Assembly (NCBI GenBank): GCA_044222475.1 | Contig: JBGANF010000015.1 | Coordinates: forward strand, 28,963 to 92,962 | DNA from: Polyangiaceae bacterium | GTDB lineage: Bacteria > Myxococcota_A > Polyangia > Polyangiales > Polyangiaceae | Length of the DNA: 64,000 nt | Direction: 5' to 3' | Part shown: positions 48,734 to 58,500 of the stretch, in pieces | Numbering within the stretch: the stretch's first letter is position 1 | Layout of the letters: each line of letters opens with the position of its first letter | Notes under the pieces: generated by a model | The model's input: only the letters and a program-made list of their open reading frames with translations | The model's database searches: none | What the model was told of the DNA's origin: nothing | Program-made: the position numbers and the translations under genes

Positions 48734-49332
48734 TCCTCCGGGTCCACCTTGACCACGTTGGGGTCGACCTTGGCCGTCGCCGTGGCGTCGGGCGCGACGC
48801 TGACGCGGAACGTGGAGTTGATGCCGTTGCCGTCGATGTCACCGCGGGCTTCGGCGGTCGCCTGAGCCGAGGGCCCACTGCCCTGCGACTCGAACGAGTA
48901 CGCGTAGCACTGGGGCGTCGAGAGGGAGAAGCGCATGTCGAGCCAGGGCGACACCGACCAGTCACCGATCGAGCTCTGGTACCGCTTGCCCTTCACGTCG
49001 TTGAAGTCGGCCGGGACGCTCGTGCGCGACGACGCGGGGAAGTGCCGCATCGCCTTGGCGGAGTCTGGCTTGGTGCCAGCCGGCTGCTTGGCGTCGGAGT
49101 CGTTGTAGTACTGCGCCGCAGCTTGTGCGATGGCGGTGGCCGAGCTCACCCCGTCCATCGACTTGGCGTGCTTGAGGTAGCGGGACAACCCGTACATGCC
49201 GAGGGCGGCCAAGACCGCGGCCAGACCAAGGAAATTCAACACCTCGGCGAGGGTGAAGCCCGCGAGATTCCTCAGCTCGCTCCGCCGTCGGCTCCACGAG
49301 CTTCGAGCCTTCACCTTGGGGCGGGGACGCAC
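48730..49332 (-). CDS. Type IV pilin-like protein
   Basis: AG|FTLAE, MYGLSRYLK and ARGDIDGNGINSTF; start uncertain. Confidence 0.8.
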   Translation of the reverse strand: MRPRPKVKARSSWSRRRSELRNLAGFTLAEVLNFLGLAAVLAALGMYGLSRYLKHAKSMDGVSSATAIAQAAAQYYNDSDAKQPAGTKPDSAKAMRHFPASSRTSVPADFNDVKGKRYQSSIGDWSVSPWLDMRFSLSTPQCYAYSFESQGSGPSAQATAEARGDIDGNGINSTFRVSVAPDATATAKVDPNVVKVDPEE

Positions 49333-49352
49333 GCGGGCAGCGTACCACCGTT

Positions 49353-50996
49353 TCACTGCTTTTGGGGCGGCAGTCCGCGGCGCCGGGCGAGCTCTTTTCG
49401 CGCGGCGATCATGTCCGGTTCCTTCGCGAGCGCCGCGCCGCCCTCGTCTTCGGACTCCCACTGCGAGAGCGTGCGATCGACCCCATCGAGGTCCCCAGCG
49501 AGGAACATCGTGTCGATCGCCGCCATGCGCGCGTCGAGGTTCCCGAGGTGGTCCTTGGCGTAGCGGGTGAGGTGCGGGCCGGCCTCCTTGGTACGACCGA
49601 GCTGACGGAGCGCGAGCCCGACGCACAGCTCCGGGCGCGACGAGCGCGGATACCGGTCGGCGTATGCCTGACACAACGGCAGCGCCTTCTCGGCCTCACC
49701 ATTGGCGAGGAGTCGGCTGCCTTCGGCGAGCTTCGAGTGGGGGTCGTCCGGTCGAACGGCGTACATGTCGCGTTGGAGAGCCGACTCGTCGTGCCAGCTC
49801 GCGACGCGCGACCAGGTGAGCGGGATGAGGGCGACGACGACGAGCCACGGCACCTTCGGCAGGATGCGCAGCAGCGGGCTCGCCTCGAGCTTCTTCGCGA
49901 GCGAGCCGGTCGCACGCTCGGCGAGGGGCGCCAGCGCGAGCGCGGCGGACGCGACGAACGGGTACGCGTACCGATCGGAGATGAACCCGAACCGCAGCGC
50001 GACCGGCGTGTGAATCACGACGGTGGCGAAGAGCGAGAGGTGCCCGAAGACGAGCAGCGGGCGACGGTTCTCGAGGTCTTTGCCGAGGGCGCGCCAGGCG
50101 AGCGGCATCGACGCGACGAAGAGCACGAGGAGGACGAGCGCGAGCGGTACGCCGAGCTTCGGGGTGTCGAGGTCGACGGCGAGATCCGTCGGCGCGAGGA
50201 GATCCTTCAGCATGCGCGCGAGGAAGCCGCCTGCCGCCTCGATCCAATCGCCGACACCGTGAGGCTGTCCAGGCTGGTTCCAGTGCACGTTCACCGCGGA
50301 GCGCGCGAGGCTCACGATGCCGAAGCCGACGCCGCACCCGGCTGCGGTGGCGAGGCCGCGGTTGCGATCGAGAGTGCCGTCGCTCGGGCGAAACGCCGCG
50401 GCGAACGGGAGCGTCGCCGCGATCGCGAGGAACGCTTCGCGCGAGAACGTCCCGAGCGCCATCGCGAGCGCGCCGATCGCCGCGCACGCGGCGAGGCGCT
50501 TGGTCGTGAGCAGGAAGCGCAGACCCCCGAGGACGAACAGCCAACCGAGCATGTCCTGGCGGCCGCCGACGTACGCCACGATGTCGGCGGTGGCGGGGTG
50601 AATCGCGAAGAGCGTCGCCACGACGAGCGCCACGTCGCGCCGGACGTTGCTCTTCTGCATCACGTCGAAGATCAGCGCGGTCACTCCCACGTGGAGCGCG
50701 ACGTTCAGTCCGTGCTGCCCGGCGTGACCGCTCTTGAAGAGCTGCCAGCTCAGCCAGTTCAGCGCGCTGGCCGCGGGTCGGTAGTAGTCCGTCTTCATCG
50801 GGTCGCCGGCGGCGGCGAACAAGCTCGATCGGAGGAGCTCCTTCAGTCCCGCGAACGTCCTCACGTACGGGTTGTTCACGAGGAGCGAGAAGTCGTCGAG
50901 AACGAACCCGTTGCGGAGCGCGAGCGCATGCGCGAACGCAGCAGCGACCAGGGGGACCGCGGTACTCCACTGGCGTTTGGGGGCTCGGGCGCTCAT
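49353..50996 (-). CDS. TMTC-like GT-C glycosyltransferase with C-terminal TPRs
   Basis: GFVLDD..L..NPY, YYRP, HGLNVALH, LFAIHP, GRQD, DRYAY and W.DE..L, then TPRs. Confidence 0.8.
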   Translation of the reverse strand: MSARAPKRQWSTAVPLVAAAFAHALALRNGFVLDDFSLLVNNPYVRTFAGLKELLRSSLFAAAGDPMKTDYYRPAASALNWLSWQLFKSGHAGQHGLNVALHVGVTALIFDVMQKSNVRRDVALVVATLFAIHPATADIVAYVGGRQDMLGWLFVLGGLRFLLTTKRLAACAAIGALAMALGTFSREAFLAIAATLPFAAAFRPSDGTLDRNRGLATAAGCGVGFGIVSLARSAVNVHWNQPGQPHGVGDWIEAAGGFLARMLKDLLAPTDLAVDLDTPKLGVPLALVLLVLFVASMPLAWRALGKDLENRRPLLVFGHLSLFATVVIHTPVALRFGFISDRYAYPFVASAALALAPLAERATGSLAKKLEASPLLRILPKVPWLVVVALIPLTWSRVASWHDESALQRDMYAVRPDDPHSKLAEGSRLLANGEAEKALPLCQAYADRYPRSSRPELCVGLALRQLGRTKEAGPHLTRYAKDHLGNLDARMAAIDTMFLAGDLDGVDRTLSQWESEDEGGAALAKEPDMIAARKELARRRGLPPQKQ

Positions 50997-52636
50997 CGGT
51001 CGAGGATGCTTCGTAGCCGGAGCGCTCGCGCGTGACTAGGCGCGAGCGCGAGGGCAGCGTCGTTTTCCGCCCGTGCTTCGTCGCGCCGCCCGAGGGCGTA
51101 CAGGGCTTCGGCCGCGATGGCGTGGGCCTCCGCCGATTGGGGCTTCACGCGGGACGCGTGCTGGGCGTCGGCGAGCGCGCCCTCGGCGTCGCGGAGGAGC
51201 AGCCGGGCGTTCGCGCGGTTCGTCAGCGCGCGAGGATCGTCGGGTTGGAGCGCGAGCGCCGCGTCGCACCGGTCGCGAGCTTCCGTGAAGCGTCCCTCGT
51301 TCAAGTAGACGTAGCAGAGGGCGGTCTCGACGCGGTACGGCCGCGGGAGATGTCCACGCGCGGACAGCAGCAGGCGCTCCGCTTCGGGAAGGTTCCCGCG
51401 CTTGGCCTCGATCTCGCCGAGGAGCGCGGCCGCCCAGTAGCGCTCGGGATCGCGGTCGAGCTCGACGCGAAAGAGCGTGTCCTCGTCGCGCCAGTCCGCG
51501 TGGCGGCGAAGGACGGCGGGGACGCCGCCGGCGGTGAAGACGGCAAGCCCGAACGTCGCCGCGCGCGCGGCGATCGGAGCGCGACGCAACGCCCGCTCCA
51601 AGCCGACGCCGATCGCGAGGGCGACGAGCGCCACGGCCACGTAGGCGTAGCGATCTCCGGTCTGAAAGAGTCGCGGCGCCGTCAACCCGACCGGAACGAG
51701 ACAGGCGAGCGCACCGAGCCACCCGACCATCACCCCGAGGCGCGAACGCTCGCGGCGCGCCCATGCCGCGAGCCCGAGCGTCGCCGCGAGGAGCACCGCG
51801 CTGCACGCCACCGCGAACGCGGCGCCCGGGTCGCGGTACACGTGGAAGATCGACGGCGCGACGAGCCGCGCGAGCGTCGCACCGTAGAGTGCGACACACC
51901 CGGTGTACGAGCGGAACGCCTCGGCCGACACCAGGCGCTCGCTCATGACCGCGTTCGGAACGTGCGACGCGGTGCGCGCCCACACGTACAGCGCACCGAC
52001 GCCCGCCAGCGCGAGGTACTTGGGAACCGCGCCGCGGAGCGTACTCCGTCGATGCAGCAGGTCATCGAGCGCGAACAGCGCCGGGGCGATCACGAGCGTC
52101 TCCTTGGAGAAGAGCGCCGCGGCGAAGAGGGCGACGACCGCCGCGGTTCGCTTCAGGACGTTCGCCCGCATCGCGAGGAGAAGGAAGAGTGCGCCCAACA
52201 GATCGAACCGACCGGACAGCCACTCGACGGCCTCGGTGGCGATCGGCGCGAGGCCGAAGGCGAGGGCGGCGAGGGTCGCGGTCCCCGTCGCGCGCGGGCG
52301 ATACGCGAGCACCAGCCGACGCAGCGCGACGCAGACCGCCGCGTGCACGAGGACGTTGCCGAGGTGATAGCTCCACGGCTCGTTGCCGAGGAAGCGGTTC
52401 ACCGCGAGGCTGAGCGTCCCCAGCGGTCGGTAGTAGCCGGCTGCTTCGCCTTTCGCCGAGGCGACCCACAGATCGTTCGACACGAGCTCGCCCCACCGCG
52501 AGGGCGTGAGGTACGGGTTGCGGGTCGTCAGGAACTCGTCGTCCCAGACCGTGCCTCCGCCGAGCGTCGGGGCGTACACGAGCGCGGCGATCGAGGCCAC
52601 GGCGACGTCCCAGCGAGAGTTGTTGCGCACGCTCAT
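50993..52636 (-). CDS. TMTC-like GT-C glycosyltransferase with C-terminal TPRs
   Basis: VWDD...NPY, YYRPL, YHLGNVLVH, EAVEWLSGRFDL, SKE, DRYAY and WRDEDTLF, then TPRs. Confidence 0.82.
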   Translation of the reverse strand: MSVRNNSRWDVAVASIAALVYAPTLGGGTVWDDEFLTTRNPYLTPSRWGELVSNDLWVASAKGEAAGYYRPLGTLSLAVNRFLGNEPWSYHLGNVLVHAAVCVALRRLVLAYRPRATGTATLAALAFGLAPIATEAVEWLSGRFDLLGALFLLLAMRANVLKRTAAVVALFAAALFSKETLVIAPALFALDDLLHRRSTLRGAVPKYLALAGVGALYVWARTASHVPNAVMSERLVSAEAFRSYTGCVALYGATLARLVAPSIFHVYRDPGAAFAVACSAVLLAATLGLAAWARRERSRLGVMVGWLGALACLVPVGLTAPRLFQTGDRYAYVAVALVALAIGVGLERALRRAPIAARAATFGLAVFTAGGVPAVLRRHADWRDEDTLFRVELDRDPERYWAAALLGEIEAKRGNLPEAERLLLSARGHLPRPYRVETALCYVYLNEGRFTEARDRCDAALALQPDDPRALTNRANARLLLRDAEGALADAQHASRVKPQSAEAHAIAAEALYALGRRDEARAENDAALALAPSHARALRLRSILDR

Positions 52637-52645
52637 CGGCTACCA

Positions 52646-52686
52646 CAAAAGCGAACCGCGCCGCGGGGGTTCCCTCGCGGCGCGGT
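52646..52686 (-). terminator. Intrinsic terminator downstream of pilA
   Basis: Minus strand ACCGCGCCGCG-loop-CGCGGCGCGGT followed by TCGCTTTTG. Confidence 0.75.
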
Positions 52687-52729
52687 CCTCGTTGCGTGCT
52701 GAATCGGATGATTCAGCGTGATGCGAACA

Positions 52730-53311
52730 TCACTCGGTTTCGTTCGTGATCGCGATGGTCGGCGCCATGGCGATCGACTTGTCGGCCTGGACGATGCCGG
52801 CCATGTCGAAGACCGACGTGGTGCCGTTGCCGTCGAGGTCGCCACGCGCGATGCCGTGGATTTCGTCCGCCGCCGTGACGACGGTCGGGCAGTTCGAGGA
52901 CGCGGTGTACTCGTACTGGTAGTACTGCGGCTGATCCATCGTGAAGCGGAGGCAGACCCAACCGCTGACGGCGGTGCCGTCCCAGTCGGAGTTACGCGAC
53001 TGGTACTTCTCGGACGCCGGGACGGCGGCCGTCGGGACCTTGGTCGACGTCTGACAGAGACAGCTACCGATCGCGACCGTGGTACCCGGGGCGATGGCGG
53101 CGCTGGCGAGCTTTTCACGAGTGGCCGCTTCTTGAGCGTTCTTCGTGATCTGCCCGACGGAGCCGGTCGCTTCCGCGGTCTTCGAGGTCTTGAGGTACCG
53201 GCTCACGCCGTAGATGGCGAGAACCGCGAGGATGCCGATGATCGCGACGACGATCATCAGCTCGATGAGCGTGAATCCGCGCTTCTGCGCTTTCTTGAGC
53301 ATGGCCTTCAT
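52730..53311 (-). CDS. pilA: Major type IVa pilin
   Basis: MKAMLKKAQKRG|FTLIELMIVVAIIGILAVLAI; AAGGAG RBS; own terminator; four Cys. Confidence 0.9.
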   Translation of the reverse strand: MKAMLKKAQKRGFTLIELMIVVAIIGILAVLAIYGVSRYLKTSKTAEATGSVGQITKNAQEAATREKLASAAIAPGTTVAIGSCLCQTSTKVPTAAVPASEKYQSRNSDWDGTAVSGWVCLRFTMDQPQYYQYEYTASSNCPTVVTAADEIHGIARGDLDGNGTTSVFDMAGIVQADKSIAMAPTIAITNETE

Positions 53312-53343
53312 TCGTAACGTCTCCTTCTTGGTGGGATGAGAAA

Positions 53344-53931
53344 TCATTCGGTGTCTTTGTCGACGAAGAGATCGCGCGTCCACGACACGCCCATGACGGT
53401 GGCGAACACGCCGTTGCCGTCTTGGTCGCCGCGACCGACGACGATGAACCAGTCGGAGGTCATCGCCGACGCTGCCGGGAGCGTCACCTGGGAAATCGGG
53501 GTGGCGGGGAGCGCCGCGCCCTGGGCGCCGGCGACGGTGGCGTAGCCATAGAGGAGGGCACCAGTCGCGTGGACGGGTAGGCGCTTCCACGCGTCCGGGT
53601 CGGGGCAGCTCGCGCAGGTCCCGCCCCAGATCGTCTTGAACGCGCCTGGAGTCGCTGCCGGGTAGAGATCGCCGACGTTGAGCGATGCCGAGATGTTGGC
53701 GTACGAGCCGGTCTCCGCGTGGTACTGCTCCTGCGCGAGCTTGATGGCGTTCACCATCTCCGTCGCTTCGGTGACGTGCGAGGCCCGGATGAGCCGCGTG
53801 TACCCCGCGACCGCGAGCAGGGCGAGGATCCCGATGATCGTCACCACGACCGCGAGCTCGATGAGCGTGAAGCCCCCTCGGCCAGCTCGGCGAGCAGCGC
53901 GCAGCCGTCGATGGTGGAGGGAGCAGGACAT
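53344..53931 (-). CDS. Type IV pilin-like protein
   Basis: GG|FTLIELAVVVTIIGILALLA and GRGDQDGNG; ATG 53931 is preferred because ATG 53961 overlaps the sigma54 site. Confidence 0.85.
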   Translation of the reverse strand: MSCSLHHRRLRAARRAGRGGFTLIELAVVVTIIGILALLAVAGYTRLIRASHVTEATEMVNAIKLAQEQYHAETGSYANISASLNVGDLYPAATPGAFKTIWGGTCASCPDPDAWKRLPVHATGALLYGYATVAGAQGAALPATPISQVTLPAASAMTSDWFIVVGRGDQDGNGVFATVMGVSWTRDLFVDKDTE

Positions 53932-53944
53932 CGCGCCCTTCGTG

Positions 53945-53960
53945 TGCAGCTCGTGTGCCA
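53945..53960 (-). promoter_or_regulatory. sigma54 promoter of the pilin operon
   Basis: Minus strand TGGCACACGAGCTGCA with GG-N10-GC; adjacent to a PilR-type activator gene. Confidence 0.75.
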
Positions 53961-54011
53961 TGTGGATCCTCCAGGAAATCACGGAGCATTGGAGCAGCCC
54001 CCCGCGCCAAG

Positions 54012-54049
54012 TGACAAATTTCGTCCCTGCACCTCCGCGTTTTGTCCGC
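54012..54049. promoter_or_regulatory. Candidate enhancer-binding (PilR) sites
   Basis: Imperfect dyad GACAAATTTCGTC and TTTTGTC, about 80-115 nt upstream of the predicted start. Confidence 0.4.
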
Positions 54050-54119
54050 ACACCTCGTCAGATGCCGTGAGTCCCGAGCCGACAGGTCGGAGCCCATCCG
54101 ACATGCGCGACGTCTCGGG

Positions 54120-55568
54120 TCATCGGTCGCTGCTCTCGGGGACTTCGTCCTCGTCGGCGCCGGCGAGCCCGAGCTTCTGCATGCGGTAGCGCAGGCTGCG
54201 CAGCGAGACCCCGAGCAGCTTCGCTGCGTTGGTGCGAACTCCGCCCGTCCGCTCGAGTGCTTGCACGATGAGGCGCCGCTCGACCTCGCTGACGACTTGG
54301 TCGAGCTCGCAGCCGTCGGCGGGAAGAGCGGTGAGCGCGGGCGTGGCGCTCGCCGCCGCGCCGACGACTGCCTCGGGCAAGTCGCCGAGACCGATCACCG
54401 AGCTCGACGCGAGCGCGACCGCGCGCTCGACGACGTTCTCTAGCTCGCGCACGTTGCCTTGAAACGGGTGGCGCTCGAGCGCGCGTAGCGCGTCGGCGGA
54501 GAATCCCGAGATCTCCTTCTGGTGCTCGGCGGCGCATCGCCGGAGAAAGAACTCGGCGAGCTCGGGGATGTCCTCCGGTCGATCCCGCAGGGGAGGGAGC
54601 TCGATCCGAAGCACGTTCAATCGGTAGTAGAGATCCTGGCGGAGCTTGCCGGTCTTGACGTCGTCTTCGACGTCGCGGTTCGTCGCCGCGATGACGCGAA
54701 CGTCGACGTCGGTCTCGGCGCTCGCGCCGACGCTGCGCACCTTGCGCTCTTGGAGGACGCGAAGGAGCTTCACTTGCAGCTGGAGTGGGAGCTCGCCGAC
54801 CTCGTCGAGGAACACGGTTCCGCCGTCGGCTTCGCGGAAGATGCCGAGGTGCTTCTGCGTCGCGCCGGTGAACGCGCCCTTGTCGTGACCGAAGAGCTCG
54901 CTCTCCATCAGCGCCTCGGGGAGCGCGCCGCAGTTGACGACGAGCCACGGCCTGTCGCGCCGATCCGAGAGATCGTGGATGGCGCGCGCGACGCGCTCTT
55001 TCCCGGTTCCGCTCTCGCCGGTGACGAGCACCGTGCTCTTCGAGTGAGCGACACGCTCGACGAGGTCGAGCACCGCCCGCATGCGCGCCGACTTGCCGAG
55101 GATGCCCTTGGTCGCGTGGGGGTGGGCCCGCTCGACCTGAGCACGCAGCCGCTCGTTCTCGGCCACGAGGGCGCGCTTCTCGAGCGCCTTCTCCGCGAGC
55201 GCGCGCAGCTCGCTGGTGGCGAACGGCTTCGTGACGAAGTCGTATGCGCCGCGCTTCATCGCGTCGATCGCGGTCTCGACCGCGGCGTAGGCGGTCATCA
55301 CGATGACCTCGGTGTGGGCGCTGCGCTGCTTCGCCCGCGTGAGGACGTCGAGGCCCGAGCCGTCCGGCATCAGGAGGTCGGTGAGGACGAGCTCGTAGGG
55401 CGTCGGCGCGCCGTCCACCGCTTCGACCCCGGCGGTGAACGACGACGCGACGGTGACGTCGTAGCCCTCGCGCCGGAACAGGATCGTGAGCATGTCGCGC
55501 AGGCCCTGCTCGTCGTCGACGACGAGCACCCTGGGCTTCTTGCCGGGTGGCATCGACGGGTGCGACAT
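54120..55568 (-). CDS. pilR: sigma54-dependent response regulator, PilR-like
   Basis: Receiver domain, [23 protein letters not shown] and C-terminal HTH; lies directly upstream of the pilins. Confidence 0.85.
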   Translation of the reverse strand: MSHPSMPPGKKPRVLVVDDEQGLRDMLTILFRREGYDVTVASSFTAGVEAVDGAPTPYELVLTDLLMPDGSGLDVLTRAKQRSAHTEVIVMTAYAAVETAIDAMKRGAYDFVTKPFATSELRALAEKALEKRALVAENERLRAQVERAHPHATKGILGKSARMRAVLDLVERVAHSKSTVLVTGESGTGKERVARAIHDLSDRRDRPWLVVNCGALPEALMESELFGHDKGAFTGATQKHLGIFREADGGTVFLDEVGELPLQLQVKLLRVLQERKVRSVGASAETDVDVRVIAATNRDVEDDVKTGKLRQDLYYRLNVLRIELPPLRDRPEDIPELAEFFLRRCAAEHQKEISGFSADALRALERHPFQGNVRELENVVERAVALASSSVIGLGDLPEAVVGAAASATPALTALPADGCELDQVVSEVERRLIVQALERTGGVRTNAAKLLGVSLRSLRYRMQKLGLAGADEDEVPESSDR

Positions 55569-55592
55569 GTCGACGGCGTGCGCGGTCGCGCG

Positions 55593-58500
55593 TTACTCGG
55601 AGAGCTTCGCGATGACGTTCTTCGTCTCGCCCGAGTTCACCGTCACGGTCACCGTCTTCTTCAGCCCCTGCTCCGAGTTGATGAACAGGAGCGTGTGCGA
55701 GCCGGCGGAGACGGAGATGTCTTTCTTGGGAACGGGGCCGAGCGGCTTGCCGTCGAGCACGACCACGGTGCCGCTCATCGGCACCGCGTTGATGACCGCG
55801 AGAGTCCCTTGACCCGCCGGCGGCTTCACGGTGTTCGTCGCGGTCGCGGTGACCGTCGCCGTCGTCGTCGTCGTGCCGGTCGGCGGCGGGCGGACCACGG
55901 TCGCGGTCTGGGTCGCGGTGGGCGGCGGCTTCGCGCCCTTCTGATCGAGCTGGACGTTGAAGACCTTCTCGGCCTGGCCGTCGTCGAACGTGATCGGCTG
56001 CTTGTAGTCTTCGTAGCCGAACTTGCTCGCCTCGATGGTCCAGGTGCCGTCCTTGACGGGGTCGATCTCGAGCGAGATCGGGAGACGCGGCAGGTCGCGG
56101 CGATCACCCTTCGACGACACCATCGAGACCTTCGCCCCGTCGGTGCCGAGAGTGACGGTCGCCTTGCCCTTGACGACCTTGAGCGTGATGTTGCCGAGAT
56201 CGGTGACCTCGCCCTTGGTGACGGTGACCTTCTTGTCGAGCGGCGCGTAGCGATCGCTGCCGGTGAACTTGAGGTTGTAGTCGCCCGGCTGCAGCTCGTG
56301 GAGCTCTTGCGGGAGCGCGCCGATCTCCTTGCCGTCGATCGAGAGCTTCACGCCCGGTTGCGTGCCGGTGACCTTGATGCCGGTGCCCTTGCCGCCGGTC
56401 ATCGTCAGATCGAGCTGCGTGTCCTTGCCGCGCTCGACGCTGAACGCCTTCGGCGCCGGTGCGTCGAACCCGTCCGCCGCAACCTTCACTTCGTGCGGAC
56501 CGGCCGTGACGTCGCGGACGATGCACGGCGACGACTGGCAGACTTCTTTTCCGTCGACCATGACCTTGAGGCCGCTGACCGCTCCGCCCTTTTGATCGAC
56601 GACGTTGATCGCGACGTTGCCGGTCTTCGGCATGATCACGAACCAGTACGCCGCGGCAGCGCCGCCGGCGAGGAGAAGGAACACGACGAACAGGCCGATG
56701 ATCAGCCCAGCCTTGCTCCCGCCGCCGCTCGGACGAACGAGCGCCGTTGCCTCCATGTTGCGCGGAGGCATCTGCTGCTGCTGCTGCATCTGCCCCTGGT
56801 TCATGGGCATCTGCTGCTGCTGCTGCATCGGCATCTGCCCCTGGTTCATGGGCATCTGCTGTTGCTGCTGCATGCCCTGATTCGGAGCGGGGTAGCCTTG
56901 CGGGCTCGGCGGGAACGCCGGCTGCGCTTGGATGTGGATCTGCTGATACGGCGTCGGCGGCATCTGCAGCGGCACCGTCTCGACCTGGTTGGCGAGCGGA
57001 TCGATCGTCGGCGGAGGGAGCGGATTGCTCGCGCCGAGCGGCATCGTCATCGCGTTCGCCGACGGACCTTGCTGCGCAGTGCCACCCGACGCGCGCGCGA
57101 ACGCGCTGCCGACCGACGACGGCGGAGCGGGGGGACCGAAGCCGCCGACGTTCGTGCCGGGCGGCGGCGGAGGCGGAGCGTTCATCGCCATGGTGCGCTG
57201 CATCGCCAAGTTGCCGCCGGGCGGCGGCGGCGGCGGTGGCGCACCCGAAGCGCGACCGCCTGGCGGCAGCGGAGCCGTCATCGGCGGTGAGGGCACGGGT
57301 GCGGCTGCGGCGGGCATGCCGGCGGCCGGACCAGGAGCACGCGGAGCGGGACCTGCCTGCGACTCTTCCTTGTCGAAGATGTGCGTCGCTTCGTCCTCGT
57401 CGTCCCAGTCCATGTCCATGCCGGGACCGGCAGCGGCGCCACCTGCGTTGTTGTACGGCGCGGGCCGGGTCGCGGCCGGCGGTGGCGGGTTGCTCTTCTG
57501 AGGCGGCGCGCTCACCGCGGGCAGCGCGCTCGACGGGCGAGCCGGCGGTGCGGACGGCGGCGGGACGACGCGGTTCGCAGGCGCGGCGATGCCGAGCAGA
57601 GTCTTCTTCCCGAGATCGGCCGAGGGCGGAGCCGGCGGCACGGCGCTCTTGCCCGATGGCGGCCCTGGCGGAGCCGGAGCCGAGGGGCCTGGGCCTTTTT
57701 TCCCGAGCCCCTCGAAGATGTCCAGGTCCGAACCTTTGTTGTCTGCAGCCATCGTCTCCTGCCTCCGAGGCTCGCCGCTGGATTGCTGCGGCGCCCCTCC
57801 TTGCGTACTGGGCGTACTGGCCCCTGAGTTATACCCCAAGCTCGAGGAACCGTCTTTGGACTGTGCGTCCCCGAAGCGATTGGCCGCATCGGGGAAGGCG
57901 TCCCGCATGATCTTGGCGATGTCGTCCCGGCTCGCTTGGACGGCCAGGCCTTGCGAAAGTACGTTCAAATCCCGAAAAAGATCCCTGGTTTGGCGGTACC
58001 GCTCGCTCGTGTCCTTGGCGAGGGCCTTCATGACGATCCGGTCGAGCTCCGCCGGTACCGACGGGTTGATCGACGAGACCGGGGGGATGACGTAGTTGCG
58101 GATCTTCTCGAGAACGAGGAGCTCGTTCTCGGCCTGGAACAGGCGCTTCAGCGTGAGAAGCTCCCACATGCAGATGCCGAGCGAGAACACGTCGGTTCTT
58201 TGATCCACGTCGAGCCCGCGGATTTGCTCCGGGCTCATGTACCCGAACTTGCCCTTGATCGTCCCGACGGCGGTGCGGCTCAGCTTGCCCGCCGCCTTCG
58301 CGATGCCGAAGTCGATGAGCTTCACGTCACCGTCGAACGACACGACGATGTTCTGCGGGCTCACGTCACGGTGGACGATCGACACCGGCGCGCCGTCCTT
58401 GTCCTTGCGCGCGTGAGCGTACGAGAGGCCTTCGCCGATGCGCGAGAACACGTAGAGCAGGAACGGGAGAGGCAGCGGCTGATTCAGCTTCACCGCGCGA

